Made by a program: the position numbers and the translations under genes. A model generated the notes under the pieces. That model saw only the letters and a list, made by a program, of their open reading frames with translations, was not told the origin of the DNA and did not search any database. DNA of 64,000 nucleotides from Gordius albopunctatus (lineage: Eukaryota), in assembly GCA_964276515.1 (NCBI GenBank), contig OZ193909.1:11904001-11968000 (forward strand), given 5' to 3'. Below, piece after piece: positions 12,335 through 25,100 of this stretch (position 1 is the first letter of the stretch; each line of letters opens with the position of its first letter).

Positions 12335-15312
12335 GTTTTTTTTTATTAAAAAGTTTATTTGTTAAAAATCCGTTGACAGTAATATAATATAAATACATAA
12401 AATATAAAAGACAAAATGCGTCAAATAAAATAATACACTATTCCAATATATCATCATCGAGGGGATCTTCCAAAATTGGCCAAAAATCCGCGAACGATTT
12501 TAAATTGTACTTGGCTATAAGAATACCAAATCGTTGTTTAAGTAAAAAGGATACCGAATGTTTAGACGGGGGAGAACGTCTTCCTACCTCTTTAAAAAAG
12601 GCTAAGGCCTGTTTGCCAAAGGTGCCTGAACATGAAGCAACCAATATAATAGGGCTTTGTATTTATTAGTTTTCCGCCCCTTTGCGACAGCTAAAGAATC
12701 ATTGTTGTAGATAGAGGGGGCAAATAGGTCAATACACGTGAAGTCCCATTTAAGGTGAAGACCATTGCTCCATGGGACTAAAGAAGTTCCATCAGGACGA
12801 ATACGTCCCTCCAAGGAGGGGTCCGATGGCTCCAAGATGGATGGAATATTTGCTCTTTTCAGTGCACTTTGAATTAAGGCATTGGCCTTATTGTGTCTAA
12901 CATATTTGAATTTGTAGGGATGCCTGGCTTGTTCGTCTACGAGTATGCTGCAATTTCGGCAAATAAATGGCTTCGAAAATTTCACCCCTAGCCTGAGAGC
13001 TATGGAGTACGAAAGTTCCGAGTCCTCCAGCATCATACCGGTGAGACAGCTTGGGTAGACCTCTAGCCATTCGTGACCTGAGCCATCAAACAAAAATGAC
13101 CTTAAATTAGAACACTGACTTGCATCGCTACTCGAAATTAGATAATCAACGGAGCGGAACACACGTCCGGCATCCCAATCTCTTTATCGTGAGGTTTGTG
13201 ACACAGGTGTTCCGGGATTGGTATTGTTTTCCCAAATAGCTAAAGCAATGGGTAAAAGCGGGTCTTCTTTAACAGGATACAACTTAAAAATGGTATCTTT
13301 TACCGATTTGTAAGATGAAATAAACGAGACTAGAGATATTGCGGCAGGTGAGCGAATCCCTAAACCACCCGATTTGGTTGGTAGGGAAGCTTGTAACCAG
13401 CTATGAGTATTAAACTTTATACTTAAAATAAATTGTAAAATAGATTTAATATTCTGTTCGAAGAGGTTTAAAATTTCCGAGTGTAAAAAAGCACTTGAAG
13501 AGCAAAAACAGTGCTGAATTTTTGAAATATTAAAATAGTTTATCATTATGTAAAAAGCGTGGTGTGAAGGCAAACACTTTAAGAGATTTAATTTTGAGTT
13601 TAAAATAGATATTTTTCTCCAAATAAGTGGCGAGTCCAACTCTACCACCTATAGGCGATCCAAGATGGCCCATAGCGTCTTTCTCGATTGCTAAAAAAGG
13701 GGTAATGTGTGGATATAATGAGTAATCAGGGGGTTGAAAGATCTCCCATTTGGTCTCGTTTAGTTTTAGTTTTAAAATTGGTTTGAAATCCTTTATAATT
13801 ATGATGGCTTTAAAAACTTCGCGAGGATGACCACAAAGGGTGGCATCATCCAAGTACCAAATATTTAGTGTTAGGTCGCATTCGTGCGATATTTATTCCA
13901 CTAAACATTGGATGCGTGAGCAAAATAATGGCGGACCCAATGGGTCACCTTGTTGGATACCTTCAGATGAATTTATTTTAAAATCCCCAAATCTTAAAAA
14001 GGATGTTGAGCTATAACTTAATAAGATGTAGTTATGGAACTCCGGAAATTTCTCGAGAAAATTTTCGATAAGGACATCTCTACGAATGCTATTAAAAGCG
14101 TTGCCAAAGTCTAGTTTGACCATGCAATGATCCGATGGTATGCCTTGAGGGCTAGCCTAGCGGCATGACTAGCAGCTTCGCAGCCACCCCTGATTCCAAA
14201 ACCTAATTGATGTGGACTTAGGTTAGTGGAAAGGATCGGTTTGATTTTATTACATATTTTTTTAGAAATAATCCACCTAAAAACTCTCCCAATAGCGATA
14301 GGTCTTAGGGAATTGTCTGGCTTCTTAATCGCTATCAATTTGGCGCCAAACAAAATAGGTATTATTTCATGAGGCACGTCCCCATTGAGAATGAGATTGC
14401 ATAACGATTTTATGGCCTTTAGGAGGCATGTTGAGTTTAGGTTATTAATTTTAAATAAATCTGGGAGATATACAGGGCGGATTCCGTCTAGGCCGGCTGC
14501 AGAATCTAGGGGAAATGAGTTAATGGCTTCAGCGACCTCGGTGGAATCTAAGGATATGTTGGATTTAGAGTAGGGATATTTATCTAAGGATGACGAAGGA
14601 GGATGCTTTAGTGTAAGCTGGTTGTAAGTTTCCTGTGTGCTTGAGGCGATTGTATCGTTGCCATAAAATACCCTCAGAGCTCCCTTTGGATCAAAATGAT
14701 TAATTTTGCTGGATACAAGCTTAGCAGTATGTTTAAAAGATGATGCAAAAGCAGGTTTTGTCTGGGAAGGGCATAAGAGTATACAGGTGTCAAAAGTAAC
14801 AATGGAGTCTTTTATTTGTTTAGATAGGTTTAAGTCTTCGGGCGGCCTGATAAAGAGAATGTGGTATGAGAATTTAAGGATTTTGTCCCAACTAGCAAGG
14901 TTCTTCGGATCATTAGTTATGGACGTTATCAGATTTATAATAAATTTTTGGACGGCCAGTCTTGCCCCTCTAGGAATTCTAGATCACGTCTTAGGAAAGG
15001 AGAGAGTAAGGAAGGAATTACTCGATGAAAAATCTGGAGGTGAAATATTTGGTGGCAAGCTGTAATCATTAAAATTAAGGGCATGACTGTCTTCAACTTC
15101 TGCTTGATTATCCTCTTCATTTGCTATTAAAGGGGATGTTTGTTCTCCAATATCACTTATAATAGTTATAAGGGGAATTGCACTTACTGGTGGTGCTTTT
15201 TGGCCAGAATATTTACATCTTGCTGACGTTGGGCCATGTAAAAAAAGAGGAAATTTTTATTTATTCCAATGATTCTCTTACAAGAGGGGCAAAGTGCTTT
15301 AAGGTTAACCAT
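12335..15312 (-). mobile_element. Near full-length, frameshifted CRE-clade non-LTR retrotransposon (zinc finger, RT, restriction-like endonuclease)
   Basis: ATG at 15312 gives MVNLKALCPSCK..HGP..RC. RT motifs LRPIAIG, QLGFGIRGGCEAA, KLDFGNAFNS, GIQQGDPLGP, WYLDD, QASLP..GGLG. REL motifs CRNC, RHN, RPDG, WDFT, K..KY. Stop at 12438, then AATAAA and a poly(A) tail at ~12335-12344. Confidence 0.88.
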
Positions 15313-15574
15313 GAGAATATTTTAAAGCATATTATTCTGTAAACTTTAAAGCTAAATTACTGAAAAAATAAATTCTAGTTGGACAATGGCTAAATTATGC
15401 AGAATATTTTAAGTATGCATCATTTAGTTTATGTTATGATAATCATTTCATCAAAAAAAACCTGTGCTCCCCCCTACAAAGGCCTATATTAATTGCTATG
15501 CAATTTTACCTCTACAGTTGTGGGTCCGAATCCTAGAGAGGCCAAAATTTATTTTATTTTTTAAATTAAATTAT

Positions 15575-16128
15575 TATATTGTTCCTGTTAATACCATTGA
15601 TAATATGACTTTTTGGCCGTCCACTGGCTGCTGACCAATAGAAAAAAAATGACCATTGGCCAAAGTGTGAATCGAAATTTTTTCTCTCGTTTTTTTTGCT
15701 CTTATGATTGTTCCTGTTAATACTATTGATAATATGACTTTTTGGCCGTCCGCTGGCTGCTGACCAATGAAAAAAAGTGATCATTGGCCAAAGTGTGAAG
15801 CAAAATTTTTTTTTCGTTTTTTATGGCTATCATTGATTTATAGAGTGAGTATCTGTTGGAAGTGACCAATGAAAAAAATGACCATTGGCCAAAGTGTGAA
15901 GCGAAATTTTTTCCATTTTATTTGACTAACATTGATTTATAGACCATCTGTTTGTACTGACTAATTTATTGGCCGTCCGATGGCTACTGACCAATGGAAA
16001 AAAATTACCATTGGCTAATTTGTGATTCGAAATTTTTTGTTTGTTATTTTTTGACTTGTATGTATTAATAGACCGCCTCTTTGTACTGGTCAATCGAAAA
16101 AATTACCATTGGCCAAATTGTGATTTGA
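15575..16128. repeat. About five diverged 100-130 bp tandem units containing opposed CCAAT/ATTGG boxes
   Basis: Core TGACCAAT-(A)n-ACCATTGGCCAAAGTGTGA recurs at ~15632, 15761, 15863, 15988 and 16088. Confidence 0.85.
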
Positions 16129-16140
16129 ATGTTAGAACGT

Positions 16141-16358
16141 CTCTGCTATCTGCTTGAGTTTACTGCTCGCGCAATCTGCTCAATGCTTGAACAGATTTTG
16201 CAGCTTCCACTCGCTTCTCGAGTATTTTTATATGCTACTGTTCTGCATAGTACACCGAACAGCGAGCAGAGCACTCATTGTGCTAACGAGAATATTAAAC
16301 AGCTAAGTGTGCGTGCTCGCGTCTGGAGTTGAAGCAAGTTAACAATTTATCACTACTA
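16141..16358 (+). mobile_element. MITE family B copy lacking its left terminus
   Basis: Aligns by eye with 18985-19153 (TTTTTATATGCTACTG..AACAGCGAGCA..GTGCTCGCGT.TGGAGTT). Confidence 0.75.
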
Positions 16359-16359
16359 A

Positions 16360-18900
16360 TGAGAATTCCACTCCGTCCTGTCTTGCATTATAGGTAGTAT
16401 TGAATTCCAATCGTGATTGAAGGACCAGAGTTCCTAAAAGGTTTTGTAGATCCTGGATTTTGCATTTAAGGTTTCGTAGTTGAGAAGGTCTCCATAAAAT
16501 CGATCTCCGGCACATGTTTAAACCACTCCGTCTACACTGATATGCCAGAAAGTTAAATTTTTGCGAATAAATATGTTTTTAATGGTAGGAATTTTACAAA
16601 GGGTCCAGCGATTAACGGTTGTGATTACCTCTAGGTAGATCCCTGCACGAGCCGCCCGAAGTCCGCCCCGAGCCCTGCCTTGACCAATCGGTTTTCGGGC
16701 TGGGCTCGGGCAGAATTTAATAAAACAATTGGCCCTCGGGCTTGGGTATAACCCTAACCCTAACCCGACCCGAGGCCCGAGCTTGGCCCAAATTTTATCA
16801 AAGCAAACTTTTCTTTTATAAAATAGGATTTAAATAAACTCAACTCGATAACAAATAGTTATCTTTGCACAGCGTACATAATATAGGTTCCAAACTTAAA
16901 CTTTTTTTACTGTCTATTATAATATTTTGACCTAGATTGAATCTTATTCTAGTATTTAAGTATTGAATCTTATTCTAGTATTTAAGTATATTCATAGTGT
17001 CTGTTAAAACTTTAAAAATAAAATAGATAAATATTTCAAAAGTTTTTATTTAAAACTATTAAAATATATTTTATAAAGTTTGATTTTTAGTTTTAAATTA
17101 TTAGCTTAATAAATTGGTATGCTCGGCCCGCGGACGGGCCTAAAAACCCGTCCCGCGGGCGGGTACGGACAGGCTTTGTATCATAGAAATTTCAACGGGC
17201 AGTGCCCGGAAGGGCTTAACAATTAATAAAACGGGCTGGGGCGGGCCTGAGATTTTTTTAACGGGCTTGAACGGTCTGATGTTTTATAAACGGACTTGAA
17301 CGAGCCGGAGATTATATAAACGGTCATGGATTACAAAGGTTCCTAAAACTCAGACAATTATATGAATGTATGATTTTTATTAAGTTGCTCTATTTTTTTT
17401 AACATCTAATTTTTGTATATCCTGTCTGTAGCATCGATTCCTTTTTCAAGCGCTAGATTCGAGTCTAAATCATTTTGATTCTATTTGCTATAGATCGTTT
17501 GCATAATTTAAGATTATAGCTTTGTATATTCTTTTATAAGTAAGTTCAATTACTTAGTTACAATGAACTAAAATTAAAATTTTTGTTTTTAATTTTATTA
17601 CAAATTTTACGGATAGGGCCATATAATTTAATAAATATTTTTGTATTAATCTAAAACCTAGGTGTATTAACTGATAAAAATTAATCAAATTAATGTAAAC
17701 TGCTTATTGAAAGTTGAATATTCTCGCGTTATTTTATTAACGTATTTTAATTTAATGGTAATATTCTAACTTTAGGTGTATTAACTTAAATTTATAAAAT
17801 AAAACTAAATTGCTGGAAGTGAAATATTCGCATGTGATTTTTTGAACTAATTTATTGGTAGTACTATATTGAAATTTTTTAGGTGTATTACTGCAGAAAT
17901 AATTGTTGATTTATTATTTTTACATGAAAATTATTTATGTTTTTTGATGAATATGTCAAAAGATAAAATAAAATGTTGTGAAATTTTTGATGAGGCCGGG
18001 CGCGGAGTTTTTTAAGAAAAATTTGAATGCGTTTTAGCGGGCCTGAACTTTTTTAAACGGGTACGAACGGGCCTGAAAAATTTACGGACGGGCTCGGACG
18101 GGCCTAAAAAATTTACGGACAGGCTTGGACGGGCCTGAAGTTTTGAAAACGGGTAGGGGTGGATCGACCTTCTAAAAACGGCCCGTTGCAGATCTCTAAG
18201 AAGTGAAAATGGGTTTTTTATTTTAATCTTATCCTAGTTGCAAATTAAGAGAGTAATAACAATTTAATAATTTTGAATTTTGATGAAATAATTTTCAAAA
18301 ATAAAAATTTTCTAAAAAAATCGGGTCGGGCTCGTGCTCAGGTAGGGCCAAAAATAAAAAAGTCTTTCGGGAAATTTCATTTTGCAGGGCTCTACCTCTG
18401 GTTAGAAAATATTACAGGCTATCTTCAGCATTTTGCTTAGATTTGTTGGCGTAGTTTTAAGAGCTGGGTTGTTGAGTGATCATGTTTCACATACATAGAG
18501 TAGAATCTGTAAAATTGTGGTTTTAAACAGACGGAGGCTGGTTGGGAGGACAAGTTCATGCGACATCCATATAGAGTAGCACGAGTAGAATTTTTTTAGA
18601 GCTTTATTTATTTTATTAGAGATGTCTAGAAGGGGGTATGTGTCGGGGGAGAGAGTAACTCTTGAATATTTTACTGAATCTGAGATGGGGACTTGAGTAG
18701 TATCAATAAGAACGGGGTTTAATTGAAGAGTTACATTGACAAAAGGGATATTGGATTTGTTAGGATTATCATCAGACCTGCTTTCTAGGTCTCTGTGGTG
18801 AATCTGTTTATAAAGTCTTGAGTTCTGGAGATCGAGTTGGAGACTATGCCTAGATCTTCTGTGAATAGAAGCAACCATATTACGTCGATGTTAAGCAACA
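16360..18900 (-). mobile_element. Degraded 3' part of a LINE (RTE-like), split by a hAT insertion
   Basis: ORF 18480-18878 (INKALKKFY..IW..LRLFKTTILQILLYVCET) continues as KMLKIACNIF*PEV. It resumes beyond 16635 as ITTVNRWTLCKIPTIKNIFIRKNLTFWHI. Confidence 0.7.
16636..18394. mobile_element. Non-autonomous hAT-like element (family C) with GGGC/CCCG subterminal repeats and an extra internal terminus at ~18198
   Basis: Termini TAGATCCCTGCA / TGCAGGGCTCTA. Flanks CCTCTAGG / CCTCTGGT form an imperfect 8 bp TSD. Internal CGTTGCAGATCTCTA matches the 43198 terminus. Confidence 0.75.
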
Positions 18901-18950
18901 TTGAGCTCCGTTAATACTGTTAGAGACACGACAATATATAAACTTTTAAG

Positions 18951-19153
18951 TAGAGTTGTTAAATTGCTAACTTTCTTCAACTCCAGCTACCATCTGCTCG
19001 AGTTTCTGCTCGGCCCTAGAGCATTTTTATATGCTACTGCTCTGCCTAGTGCACCAAACAGCGAGCACATATTGTGTTAACGCGCATATTAAGCAACTCA
19101 GTGTGTGTGCTCGCGTTTGGAGTTTGAAGAAACTTAGCAATTTAACAACTCCA
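18951..19153 (+). mobile_element. Complete hAT-type MITE (family B) with a perfect 8 bp TSD
   Basis: TIR TAGAGTTGTTAAATTGCTAA / TTAGCAATTTAACAACTCCA; CTTTTAAG on both sides (18943-18950 and 19154-19161). Confidence 0.9.
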
Positions 19154-19199
19154 CTTTTAAGATACGATGTCACATGTTAACCTTCATTCATATTATCAC

Positions 19200-22100
19200 A
19201 TGGCCGAAAACTATATGCCTAAAACTTGTATGGATTTCCTCAACAAAGAAATTTATACTAATGAGGAAGTTTTAACACTTTTGCTTATGATAGAAAAATG
19301 GTATTTTATAAAGCTTGCAAAGTTATATTTATGTTTTTAGTATCGAAGAATATAAAAGTCAAAAAGTGTTTGCCTCATCCCTTTTTATCTTGTCATCTCA
19401 TCAATTAATAAAAGTTTTAGATAAAGGTAACTATAACGTGTTGTTTTATATTAATTAAATCAATCATAATTAAATTTGCAATTTTATATATTCAAATAAT
19501 TTTTTTAAGTACAAGCTAATTTATTTGGGAATGTTACTGAAACATCATACAGAATTATGAGGCATGTTTTGAGTGTGTGGAATGATAATTTATTGTGTGA
19601 TACAGTATTAGCCTAAAATATGTTATATATGCTTAATTTTTAGAGGATTTATTTACTCTTACTCAAAGAGATTTTAACTGGGGTTATGTGTTTGCCTATA
19701 ACTGATGTAACAAAACTAATTTCAAATCTTAATGCCCCAGGAGTTTCACATGATATTGTTGCAGATATTTGGAATAGTAATTAAATAATGTCTTATCAAT
19801 AATTTTTCTTAGCTAAAAGTTATCTAAAGGATCCTGCTTGCAAAAATTTATATGAATTAAAAAATAACCTAGATGATGAAATTTTGTTGTCAATTGCTAC
19901 ATATACTAAAACTCATATATATAAAAGGTCAACTGAATTGGAAAAAGAAAATGAAAAGAGTTTACAGAATGATTTTGATCTTATTAAATTTATAGATGAC
20001 TCCTTTCATAGCAATAAAGATACTTCTGAATTCCATCAAAATATAAAAGTGAATATATATATTAACCTATTTTCATGACATATGTATAAATTGAACGAAA
20101 TAATTTTATACCTTTACTATTTTTACTTTACATAGAAATATTTTGTCAAAATTAATGACATTATCTTCAGAGAGTTAAATGGATCATACAAGATCATAAA
20201 ATCTTGGCAAGAATCTAAAATATTAAAAGAGTTAACCAAAAACTATTTACAATTTGCATGTGGAGACAAAAATAATTTGATTAACGTTATGGATTTTTGC
20301 AATTCACTGGATATGAATGAAAAGTACTTATTATATATACATTATAAATTTACACAATTATTTGCCAAACAAACACAAATTATTCTTAATTTTTTCAACT
20401 ATAAATATGTTAATTAATTTTTTATCCTTAATATTATTCATTTTATAACTTAAAAGTTATTTGATGGAAGAAATGATGATGTTAGAAATTATGTTCTCAA
20501 TTCCAACTTTGAATCATTGCATATTGAAAAACGAAATATTAGACAACATAGGTGGCATGCTATTAGGTTATATAGTTCTTTCATTCAAAGCATCTCTATC
20601 TACATCTGTACTCAGCATTGCTCCCACATTTAACCACAAATATGTAAATTTAACCACAAATATGTAATTTTTTAAACTTCTTTTTTGACTATTCAATATT
20701 GCCATCTATATACTATAATTTAATTTGCATTTTTTTAATCTTTAGTTATTTTTATGTTGTTTGACACTCTAAACTTTTTAATTCTTTAAAAATATTTAAT
20801 TTAATTATTTTTTAAAAATAATTATTATAAAAACATTTCTTTACCAACCTCTTAATCAAGATTCATTATTTTGATATATGCAGGTGAAGATCTTGTTGAT
20901 AATTTTGGAAAACTTCAATGGGCCCCAAACTGATGTCCAAAACTTAAAATTTTTTACGCTCAACCTTTTATCTCTCACTCTTGGTGCGCTCAATATTTAT
21001 CATGTGATTGCTGAGGGTAGCGATTTCAACGACAATAAATTAAGCCAGTTGTTGACCGGATACCATTTCTTCAAAAAGTATCTATTGCTTTAAACAAATT
21101 TATCTCATTAAATGTGCATTATTAGTCTAAATAAATTTGTCCCCAAATATTTGGTGAAAGTTTTTTTTCTACTTTAATTATTGACTTGTGTTGATATCAG
21201 AGATCAGATTTTTCCCTTCGATTTTATAACTAAACTTCCCACACGTCCGCCTGAACCCCTTCAAGTTTCCGCCTGACCATTCCCGAATCATTAATGTAAA
21301 GTTCTAAATTTTTCTCGATTTCTTTTCGGATAAGAACTACTTAATTATATATACTATACAATCAAACAAAGAAGGCACAAAATAAGAAAATAATACACTA
21401 CATATAAAAATCTCATTAAGTCCAGATTTCCGAAGCCTTGTTATGGTGCCCGCTCCGGTCACTCGAAAATCTGAATTTCTATCAATTGTTCGGCCCGGGC
21501 TTTTATGGTCTCGGGTTGATACATACAATATTGCCCTAAATAATAGGAGTGTCTACCTAATAGTGAATATTAATAAATATTTGACTTTCACACAAATCGC
21601 TCATTTCTATGTGTTTAATTGCATCAAATAACACTAATTTTTTTCTTGACCCATTTACTATTTCCAAATTTAACATTTCCTACATGTTAAAATCAGAAAC
21701 AGTCTTTTATTTTCGTAGCTAAATTTTGGGGACTTCTAAGTTTTAGTAATTAATATAACTTGTAAATTACACAGTCATTAAAAATACTAATTGCAGGTCA
21801 AATATGGATGAAATTTTTGACGAAAATTACCTTATGCTAATAGAATTTCTCATCGATATGCTGTTAAAACTGACGCCACAAATTCTCATATATCTTGATG
21901 AAGAGGTGAGCACATCATAATAAATGTCTTTTTTTATTTTATATCAATATATAATATCAAACATATATTAGTATAAATTTCAAAACCTTAAAATATACTA
22001 GCGATATTTCCATTAATAATAATAGACTTGTAGCTTATACCATTTGCGAAAAATATTTTTTGTCATAATATATATATTAATGCATTGTACAAATATTTGA

Positions 22101-25100
22101 ATAATTAAAACAATTAATACGGTTGCTAATAAAAGAGAATAGAATATTTTGTATTAATAACATATGAGGGTTCAGTTTTCGTGAAACAAAATTTAGTACG
22201 TTATTAAATGCATCTTTGAACTAAGAATTACACACACTTTTTACAAACATTTAAGGGTTATTAACAAATTTTTAAAAAGCGCTTTCATATCTAATAAAAA
22301 TATTTGCGACAGGTTATAGATTTAAATTACCAGACATCTTCCTGGTCGGATACGCTGTTGGGGGCAGATCGTTCTACCAACTTATTCACCACTTTAGTGT
22401 CAATCATTGATGCTGCCACGAAGGTTTATATTCATTATATATTTTTAAAAACTAATTTTTTAAATTAATATCTCTGTTATAGATTAATGGAAATCAACTA
22501 GACTCTGCCTTAGCTCCCGAGGAAAGTTTGTTAAATCAAGATCCAATTCACGCTAATTTTGTACTTGATGCGGGTTTAAGTGTGGCGGATAAAAGCGAGA
22601 AGGTTAGTAAATTACTTACTATGTGCTTAAGTTTGGAAATTCATAACGTTAGTTTTAACATGCCTTTGGAGTAGTGTTTGCTTATTTGAGAAAATTATTT
22701 ATGCTCATGTAAAATTATTCATAATTTTTGAAGTAATCGATTTACTTTAATTAGTCATATATTAGTAAATTTATCATTTCTAAAGAGCGAGCAATGTCAA
22801 GTATTTTTTGCTAGTTATCCCAATTAATGATTAAGTAGCCTCTCTAATTTATGATTCTAACGTTCGCCAAATCTTATTAACTCATGTATTTTTATCATTC
22901 GCTTCTAGTTCACCCGAATCGCCCGAGAATGTCTCGATTACCTGAACTATTTTATAACGCTCGCAAAAGCGACCAAGTTTTGGTCTGGAGCCAAGTTAGT
23001 AGAAATACTTTGAATACCTATATTTTCGTTAAATTTAGGAATCATATTACGCCCAAATGCAGGGACCGTGTTATAGAATTATATTTGAGCTCGGTTGCCG
23101 CAGAACCAAAAACTCTTGGTGAGTATTAATTTTATCTACCTTTAAACAATATTGCTGTTTTAGGCACAGACGATTCGATTAACCTGTTTAGACTCATTCA
23201 AATCATGACGTCCAGCCATGTATTCGACGACGGAGAAATAGTAATATCATTTAAGTTATTGCCATGGTTTACCACCCCCTAACCCTTTTTAGGTCAAAAT
23301 ATTTCAAGCCTTAGGCCTCGGGTGCACTCACGAATACAAGGATGGCTACGAAAAAGAATTGTTCATCACCTCTTGGCCATTACATTTGTCCGCTAGGAGT
23401 GTGGGTTGCCTCTTTCAAATGCTCTTCACCTCAGATCGTACCGATGGGAAGTGCGGGAAAAGGATGATCACACAAATATGGAACGCCTTCCTCCAAACTT
23501 ATAAAGCCACTGTCCATCGCCAAGTGACGTCTCATGGCTCGGCGGGTTGTGGTTTGCGGGAGGGGGTAGAGCGTGGTGGAGATGTAAATGCTGAAAATGC
23601 CCAGTTTTTGCTCTTTTTATTTCACGCCCTTCCATCGCTCTCCGACAAGGGGGAAGTGTTTAAGGCCCTCTACGACACCATACTGTGGATGAACGAACAC
23701 ATATCGGCAAAACGTTACAGGGACCCTTCGGAAAAGTTTGAAATCATCATAACAACCTTTCGCTAATATAAGGTGTTTTTTTATGAATGTCCGTTGTAAT
23801 CTTAAGGATTTTTAAACGCGTTTCGCGAAATATTTAATAGAAATTCTCGAGAATACAACCCTCTTTTTTGACGACACTCCGCAAATATGCATGAAGATTG
23901 TGATTGGTATTTAATTTTATATCCATAGGCGTAGCCAGGATTGGAGTTAGAGGGGACGGGGGGGGGGTACAATAATGATTTAGGGAGGGGCAAAATATCA
24001 ATTTTTTCATACGCCCCATAATTTAATAAAATTTTGTAAGCTTTTTTGGATTAAGAGGGGGGCAGCCGCCCCTCTCTACCACCCCCTGGCTAGGCCCATG
24101 TTTATATGCTTTTCTTTGTTGCAGGTCGATTATGCCACCGTTGCTGTTGTGTAGTAGGATCTACGTCATTTTCGAGTATCTCTTGTTCAATTTTTACCAA
24201 ATCCCGGAATATTTACGAAAACAAGTAAATATAGTCTTCGTCACTATTGCTCATAAGGGTATCGTAATACATTAGGTGCTTGCCAACATCACTCGTAAAA
24301 GCAATTCTTGCGCCTTCTTTTACAACGAATTACTGCAAGAACGTCTCACCAATTATCACGCCTTGCACAAATTGACTCGAGGTAATCCTAAATCTCTTTT
24401 ATAAATATGTCAGCAACCTATATCTCCACTTTCCCTGCCCTCTAGATATAAGAGCAGTGCTCACGCGAGCATTTTAACAATACTAGAAATATGGCATAAT
24501 GTCAAAATGTGTGTATATAAAACGTGTCTGCTGTTTTCCTTTTTATGCCTCCTAAATCTCCTTTTCCTTTTGACGCCATGTCTTACGGTCTTTCTTTGAA
24601 CCAATTATTCATATCTATGCCCTCACCCTTTGTTGTGATTGTCTAATGCATTTTACGATCTTTTGACTTTCGGTTGTATTCCAGATCAAATCACAAATAA
24701 AACAATTAAAATTATAACTCAGTCCGCTCGGTTTTGTTTTATTACTAATCATCTATATGACAAATTTAAATACATGACATTGGAATGCAAAGAACTTAGT
24801 TAAAATTTTAGTTTATGGATAGAGGAATTATATCTTAAATTTTTTGCATTTGATAGTTAGATGAAAATCGCCAACTCTTTACTACTTTTTCTTTTTAATC
24901 CGTGAAATAGTTTAAAACTACTCATCAATTTTTTCTTCTATATATATTACTATTTGTTAGAAACAAATTAATAATGTATTAAACCCGTTTTAGAACTATC
25001 TCGGGAGCGTTACTATCACCTACAAAACCTGGATGTTTATAAAGTTTCAACGGGTATCACTAAAGTGGATAGTTTAGCTTGTAAAATGCTAATGACGGCC

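Noticed and set aside
15575..16128. Repeat-spacer appearance resembling a CRISPR array
   Set aside because: The intervening segments are homologous to each other, the units are long and diverged, the context is eukaryotic and there are no cas genes.
16750..16766. Telomere-like (AACCCT)n here and GGGTTAGGGTTAG at ~7349
   Set aside because: Only 2-3 units, each embedded in a MITE; not a telomeric array.
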